From positions 608,001-672,000 of the forward strand of contig OY970208.1 in the NCBI GenBank assembly GCA_963713865.1: DNA of 64,000 nucleotides. Reading direction: 5' to 3'. The position numbers and the translations under genes are program-made. Every line of letters starts with the position of its first letter. Within the stretch, counting starts at the first letter, position 1. Of this stretch, positions 61,187-64,000 are shown piece after piece. The stretch is from an uncultured candidate division Zixibacteria bacterium (GTDB lineage Bacteria; Zixibacteria; MSB-5A5; RBG-16-43-9). The notes under the pieces were generated by a model. It had not been told where the DNA came from. It did not search any database and saw only the letters and a list, made by a program, of their open reading frames with translations.

Positions 61187-61828
61187 ATTTTTTATTCTGT
61201 TAAGCAATTCTTTACAATATGAGGTTTTATATGATATTAAACCCAATTTTCCCCTTAATTTGTTTGCAGAAATATTTCGTTGTTTTGATAATATTTCTTT
61301 TGCCTGAATTTCATAATAACTCTCTTTTAATAATCCAAAATGCCATAAAAGCCTAATAAGGGATAAAACATCATCCTTCGGGTCTATTTTTGGATCTTTG
61401 CCGATATATAGGATTAAGCCGTCAAGTACTTTAGATTCCAATAACTCGCCTTCAATAACAGTTACATCTTTTGGAATTTTATTTTTAATTCGATCAGCAA
61501 TATTAATTCCAAAAATTGTCTGAATAACTTTTTTGTCTTTCCAACGTTCTTTTGCCAATTTTCTTGATTCTTTAATTTGTTTTAAAATTCTATCTAGCGA
61601 TTTATTATGAAATGTACTGTTAATATTGGATTTGCATTCACAAATATTAACCTTTTTCGGATCTTCCGGATCAATTGCGATTAAATCAAAATCAGTAGTA
61701 GCTGTAGATGGACTATATTTTGTTATTTTCTTTCGGTCATATCTAATGGGCAAATTTTCAATTACAAAAGCACCATTCAATCTTTCCATCCATAATCTAC
61801 AAATTCGCTCAAACGGATGATAGGCCAT
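61181..61828 (-). CDS. PD-(D/E)xK restriction-endonuclease-like cassette protein
   Basis: FE7…DFD48LI…E64CK66. Confidence 0.7.
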   Translation of the reverse strand: MAYHPFERICRLWMERLNGAFVIENLPIRYDRKKITKYSPSTATTDFDLIAIDPEDPKKVNICECKSNINSTFHNKSLDRILKQIKESRKLAKERWKDKKVIQTIFGINIADRIKNKIPKDVTVIEGELLESKVLDGLILYIGKDPKIDPKDDVLSLIRLLWHFGLLKESYYEIQAKEILSKQRNISANKLRGKLGLISYKTSYCKELLNRIKNG

Positions 61829-61848
61829 TTTTAATATCCTCTTTTCAT

Positions 61849-62015
61849 AGCCAACATAGGTTTATCTGTTCTAATTAAATTGCGACCACTGTCTTTCTTG
61901 ACCTTATAAGCCTCCCACAAACTTACTCACAATCTGCAAGAGCCGAGCCGTTTATACGCTGTTATGTGATGAAATCGGTAGTTTTTCTTCATTCATAAAA
62001 CCTATAAGCTCTAAC
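61849..62015 (-). repeat. Gene-less array element, copy A
   Basis: Shares both arms with 60311-60539. Confidence 0.85.
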
Positions 62016-62132
62016 GGGATTTTCACCGATCAAACCGCAAAGAGATACTTCCCTGAAAATTGTGATGGACCGAACTCTCAAAATTAGAAAAAGTAGTGCG
62101 CGGTTCGATCAGCGTGCAAAATTGGGTTATGG
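62009..62132 (-). other. attC (124 bp)
   Basis: CCATAAC-ccaat-TTTGCAC … GTGAAA-atccc-GTTAGAG, with GATCGAACCGC/GCGGTTTGATC stem. Confidence 0.85.
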
Positions 62133-62140
62133 CTATTAAC

Positions 62141-62956
62141 CTACATATCTTTTTTCTCTATATTATTCCCATGATAATGAGTTATTGATAGAACTTGACG
62201 CAATACACTTAATGGTTCATTAGGAATAGGCATTGGTATTAGAATTTTATCAATAGGATACTGAAAAGGTGATAATATTTTACTAACCATAGTGAGAAGA
62301 CCAATGATATCTGGTTCTACAGGGTGAAAGGGTATAGCTAATAATTTCCAATGATACGTATCACGTTTTGCTCGAATGAACGCTGATCCATATGCATTAA
62401 CAAAGGGTAATAATACAGTCATTAATTGTTTCTCAACAATTTTCTTACTTTTTATAGCTCCTTGAAGTGAATCAAATAGATCTATAAAGTTATCTACGGG
62501 AATCGATAATATGCCCAGTCTCTTACCCCGAAATTCATCGATATGAGAACGCCAAGGTATAAGTTGCTCTTGATACTGGGAACCTAGCTGCAAAGCTTCA
62601 ATCATTGGATATATCATTTGTGCAGAATTAAATTTTTGGTTAAGAAATATAAATTCATCAAATGATATTCCAGATAAGGAAAACATAACTGAACAATACG
62701 GTGATTCCGCAAGTCTATAAGCATGTCCAGCTATTTCAAAAGATTCTTGTGATCCTGTTAGGTCAGAGAGCAGTAGAGAGTGAGCAGCAGAACGCCTGAA
62801 ATATGTGGCAGCAATAAATGCTAAAGAAATGCGATTTTGAATGGTTTCTTCTTTCTTGGCATGTGTAAAATAGGTATGTCCAATCTCACTATAAACATTA
62901 CCAAGACGCATAACACGTTCCGAGTCAAGCTCAGCTAGAAATTCATATTTAATCAT
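62141..62956 (-). CDS. All-alpha (TPR/SNAP-like) hypothetical protein, second gene of the ART cassette
   Basis: Helical pattern AATYFRRSA…FEIAGHAY. Starts 19 bp after the ART stop, with RBS GAGG. Confidence 0.7.
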   Translation of the reverse strand: MIKYEFLAELDSERVMRLGNVYSEIGHTYFTHAKKEETIQNRISLAFIAATYFRRSAAHSLLLSDLTGSQESFEIAGHAYRLAESPYCSVMFSLSGISFDEFIFLNQKFNSAQMIYPMIEALQLGSQYQEQLIPWRSHIDEFRGKRLGILSIPVDNFIDLFDSLQGAIKSKKIVEKQLMTVLLPFVNAYGSAFIRAKRDTYHWKLLAIPFHPVEPDIIGLLTMVSKILSPFQYPIDKILIPMPIPNEPLSVLRQVLSITHYHGNNIEKKDM

Positions 62957-62975
62957 TGATGTTTCCTCGTTGAAA

Positions 62976-63620
62976 TCATATAATCACATCACGGATATTA
63001 GATATTTCTTCTGGAGAAATGTACTTACGAGTGTTAAAAACTTCACTCGTTGGTCTAGGTATTTGCCTTGATCTGAACGAAGTAAGAGTAGAATTAATTT
63101 CATAATAACAGTATTTCTCGATTTGTGTTGGTGGTATATTTATCTTAGCTGTGACTTCACCTTCAGGTTGAAAAGGGCTGAAACCTGTGTATATATTTAA
63201 CTCTCTAACTTCTTCAGAAAAAGGTCGGTGTGCTATGCTTTGTTTACCAAGAACGAATAAATAACAATGAAACAAATATCCATCATGCGACCACCCGTCT
63301 GTAGCGAATTCAAGTGCAATGAGCCAAGCAGGATGCCGAATATTAATTCCTGCTGCTGGATTTCTCTCAATAGAACCTGCGGTTGTTGAAATGAATGGAG
63401 TATGTTTGTAGAAAGGTTCTCCACCTTCCTGTGGGTCGGGGTCCGTAAATCTGTTCTGATGCCAAAATAAATTACGATCTGTAAGACGTACATATACTTC
63501 TACTTCGGGCATATTATGTACTTTATTCCACCAGTTACATAGAATACCCACATTCATTATATTATCAGCTTCATTTTTCGAAATGCCTCCAATCCCTCTT
63601 ATTACTTTTTGAATAATCAT
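62976..63620 (-). CDS. Putative R-S-E clade ADP-ribosyltransferase
   Basis: VIR8G, PFIS78TT and E153GE155VTAKINIPPTQI. No signal peptide. Confidence 0.7.
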   Translation of the reverse strand: MIIQKVIRGIGGISKNEADNIMNVGILCNWWNKVHNMPEVEVYVRLTDRNLFWHQNRFTDPDPQEGGEPFYKHTPFISTTAGSIERNPAAGINIRHPAWLIALEFATDGWSHDGYLFHCYLFVLGKQSIAHRPFSEEVRELNIYTGFSPFQPEGEVTAKINIPPTQIEKYCYYEINSTLTSFRSRQIPRPTSEVFNTRKYISPEEISNIRDVII

Positions 63621-63642
63621 TTTTAATTTTCCCTTAATTATG

Positions 63643-63712
63643 CCATAACGTTACACTCCACCGGCTCGTAGCCCACCGCGGGCTTCGCGTGCGGTGGGAG
63701 CGATAGTTGGAC
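63643..63712 (-). other. attC (70 bp)
   Basis: GTCCAAC-tatcg-CTCCCAC … GTGGAG-tgtaac-GTTATGG, with one extrahelical base. Confidence 0.85.
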
Positions 63713-63713
63713 A

Positions 63714-64000
63714 TTAAAATAGTTCTTTCAAACTGTCTGCAAAGGCCTTGAGTTTCAACATTGTTTCAGGATTGTCTCTTACCTCTCGTGGGAGAAAGTC
63801 TTCTTTATGATCCCGCAGGTATTCCCACACGAAATCGCGGATATGAAACGGAAGGCTGAGGATATTCCCTGATCCTTGGGTGATAATTCCCTTGTTCAAG
63901 AGGGAATTAGCCGTTTGGTTGATTGCGGTTGCACTGAGTGTCTGGACATTGTGGAACAAGCAGTAGGCGATCCATTTGTATTCCGACAGATCAAGAGTTC
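63714..64000 (-). CDS. 5'-partial cassette gene, C-terminus reminiscent of the SieB superinfection-exclusion family
   Basis: Frame is open to the window edge: TLDLSEYKWIAYCL…SLLNKG…FHIRDFVWEYL. Confidence 0.5.
   Translation of the reverse strand, partial: TLDLSEYKWIAYCLFHNVQTLSATAINQTANSLLNKGIITQGSGNILSLPFHIRDFVWEYLRDHKEDFLPREVRDNPETMLKLKAFADSLKELF

Larger units (their letters stand above)
58094..64000 (-). mobile_element. Integron gene-cassette array (intI not in window)
   Basis: Co-oriented short genes followed by RYYYAAC…GTTRRRY hairpins with L''/L' boxes. Confidence 0.9.

Noticed and set aside
2252-63493. Numerous short antisense or overlapping ORFs in the track
   Set aside because: Shadow frames of well-supported genes.

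Overview
AT-rich bacterial chromosomal window. Dockerin-type and QNYPNPFN/FlgD-Ig C-terminal domains suggest an FCB-group organism such as candidate Zixibacteria (inference). Positions 1-20.5 kb hold mostly plus-strand genes: an M16 protease, rarA, a B12 radical SAM gene, a MacAB-TolC-type exporter, ilvC and TPR proteins, plus two minus-strand dockerin proteins. Positions 20.7-46 kb hold a long minus-strand run of small accessory enzymes, a tryptophanase-family lyase, a MoxR/DUF58/BatA cluster and nfo. Positions 46-58 kb look origin-linked, with a DnaA-box cluster, parAB, rsmG, mnmG and two parS sites, and three secreted-protein genes inserted between rsmG and parA. Positions 58-64 kb are an integron gene-cassette array (five clear attC sites plus degenerate ones; no intI inside the window). 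The array includes a two-gene cassette encoding a cytoplasmic cholera-toxin-like (R-S-E) ADP-ribosyltransferase and an all-helical partner, a PD-(D/E)xK nuclease cassette, and two copies of a gene-less element that ends in an attI-like site rather than an attC. Intergenic spaces contain several nested palindromic mini-element families. Four apparent pseudogenes have their frameshift at or beside the same 7-mer (GTTCTGG), which points to a systematic motif-linked error rather than decay. No rRNA, tRNA or CRISPR array was recognised.
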